From Octopus bimaculoides (Eukaryota), in NCBI RefSeq assembly GCF_001194135.2, contig NC_068999.1, positions 12,402,077-12,453,292 of the forward strand: 51,216 bases of DNA, read 5' to 3'. Below, piece after piece: positions 50,531-51,216 of the stretch; the stretch's first letter is position 1; each line of letters begins with the position of its first letter. The position numbers were made by a program, and so were the translations under genes. Under the pieces are notes generated by a model, which saw nothing but the letters and a program-made list of their open reading frames with translations, was not told the DNA's origin and did no database searches.

Positions 50531-51216
50531 CGTGAAATGTAAGTTTTGTCGCGAAGGGCCATTGAATGGCTGAGTTCCTTATGCTGGACATGGGTGTCAC
50601 ATATTGGGAAATTGTTGTAGATTTAGACTCTGGATTTACGGAATAATTTGGGATTGCTTGGGTATTGGAAATTATGTGCAAATCGTTCCCATAGTTGTTG
50701 ACATCTGACTAGGACGAAAGTGGCCTCTAGTCTGTTTGAAGTATATGGTAAATCTGAGAATATGCTTCTTCTTCGATCTCTTGACTCGCTAAGTAATGTA
50801 ATCGTATTTTCAATACTGTGACTTAAATATTTGTCCCTGAAATGATTTCACACGTTTTACTCCAAGGCCTAAGGCTTTCAAGAACAAAGGAACGGCACAG
50901 AATGCCATGGCAACTGTTTATTAGGAAGTCATGGTGCAATTTTCCTTAATTTTCTGTAAGATGGTTGTCTAATATGACACATACGAAGTAGACATGGAAG
51001 GAATAAATTGGTTACAACTACGTACACTTAAACTTCATTTCAAACATGCTTCGTTAGCTGGGTTCATGTTGTGCTGATACCCCCAGGCGAAGAAGTAGGA
51101 TCTCCCAAGACATATAAATAGAGGCCGTGCTAGGAGTGTTGAGTAGCAGTTGAGTAGCAGTTGTATACCTGTTCAGGAGAGATCATCCGAAGGTGCTAGA
51201 TAGCAGTAGCTTGAGA

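Noticed and set aside
1-51216. CRISPR array, operon or prokaryotic defence system
   Set aside because: No regularly spaced repeat-spacer units and no gene-dense coding DNA; the sequence is clearly repeat-rich metazoan DNA.

Overview
AT-rich eukaryotic non-coding window, most likely an intronic or intergenic region of an Octopus (coleoid cephalopod) short-read assembly. This is inferred from the extreme microsatellite load, tRNA/CORE-type SINEs resembling octopus OR-type elements as I recall them, and 17 N-gaps, most flanked by (TA)n/(CA)n. I recognise no intact host protein-coding gene, rRNA, genuine tRNA gene or CRISPR array. The long ORFs in the supplied track are translations of microsatellites or N-gaps. 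What can be supported is a fossil record of mobile DNA: a Tc1 (DD34E) transposase pseudogene, a TIR-bounded mariner with an internal deletion, a maT-like fragment, a Tigger-like MITE, CR1/L2-type and RTE-type LINE remnants, Penelope-like (PLE) RT/GIY-YIG remnants and several tRNA-headed SINE families. The most interesting structures are: (i) a tRNA-headed element whose 3' tail carries a minimal hammerhead-ribozyme-like motif and is bracketed by an inverted copy of that tail (9140-9550); (ii) an unrelated tRNA-headed element with the same tail-bracketed layout (15720-16375); (iii) an ~830-bp near-complete palindrome followed by a tandem restart (11352-12317). A few weak splice-site-bounded exon candidates are reported at low confidence.
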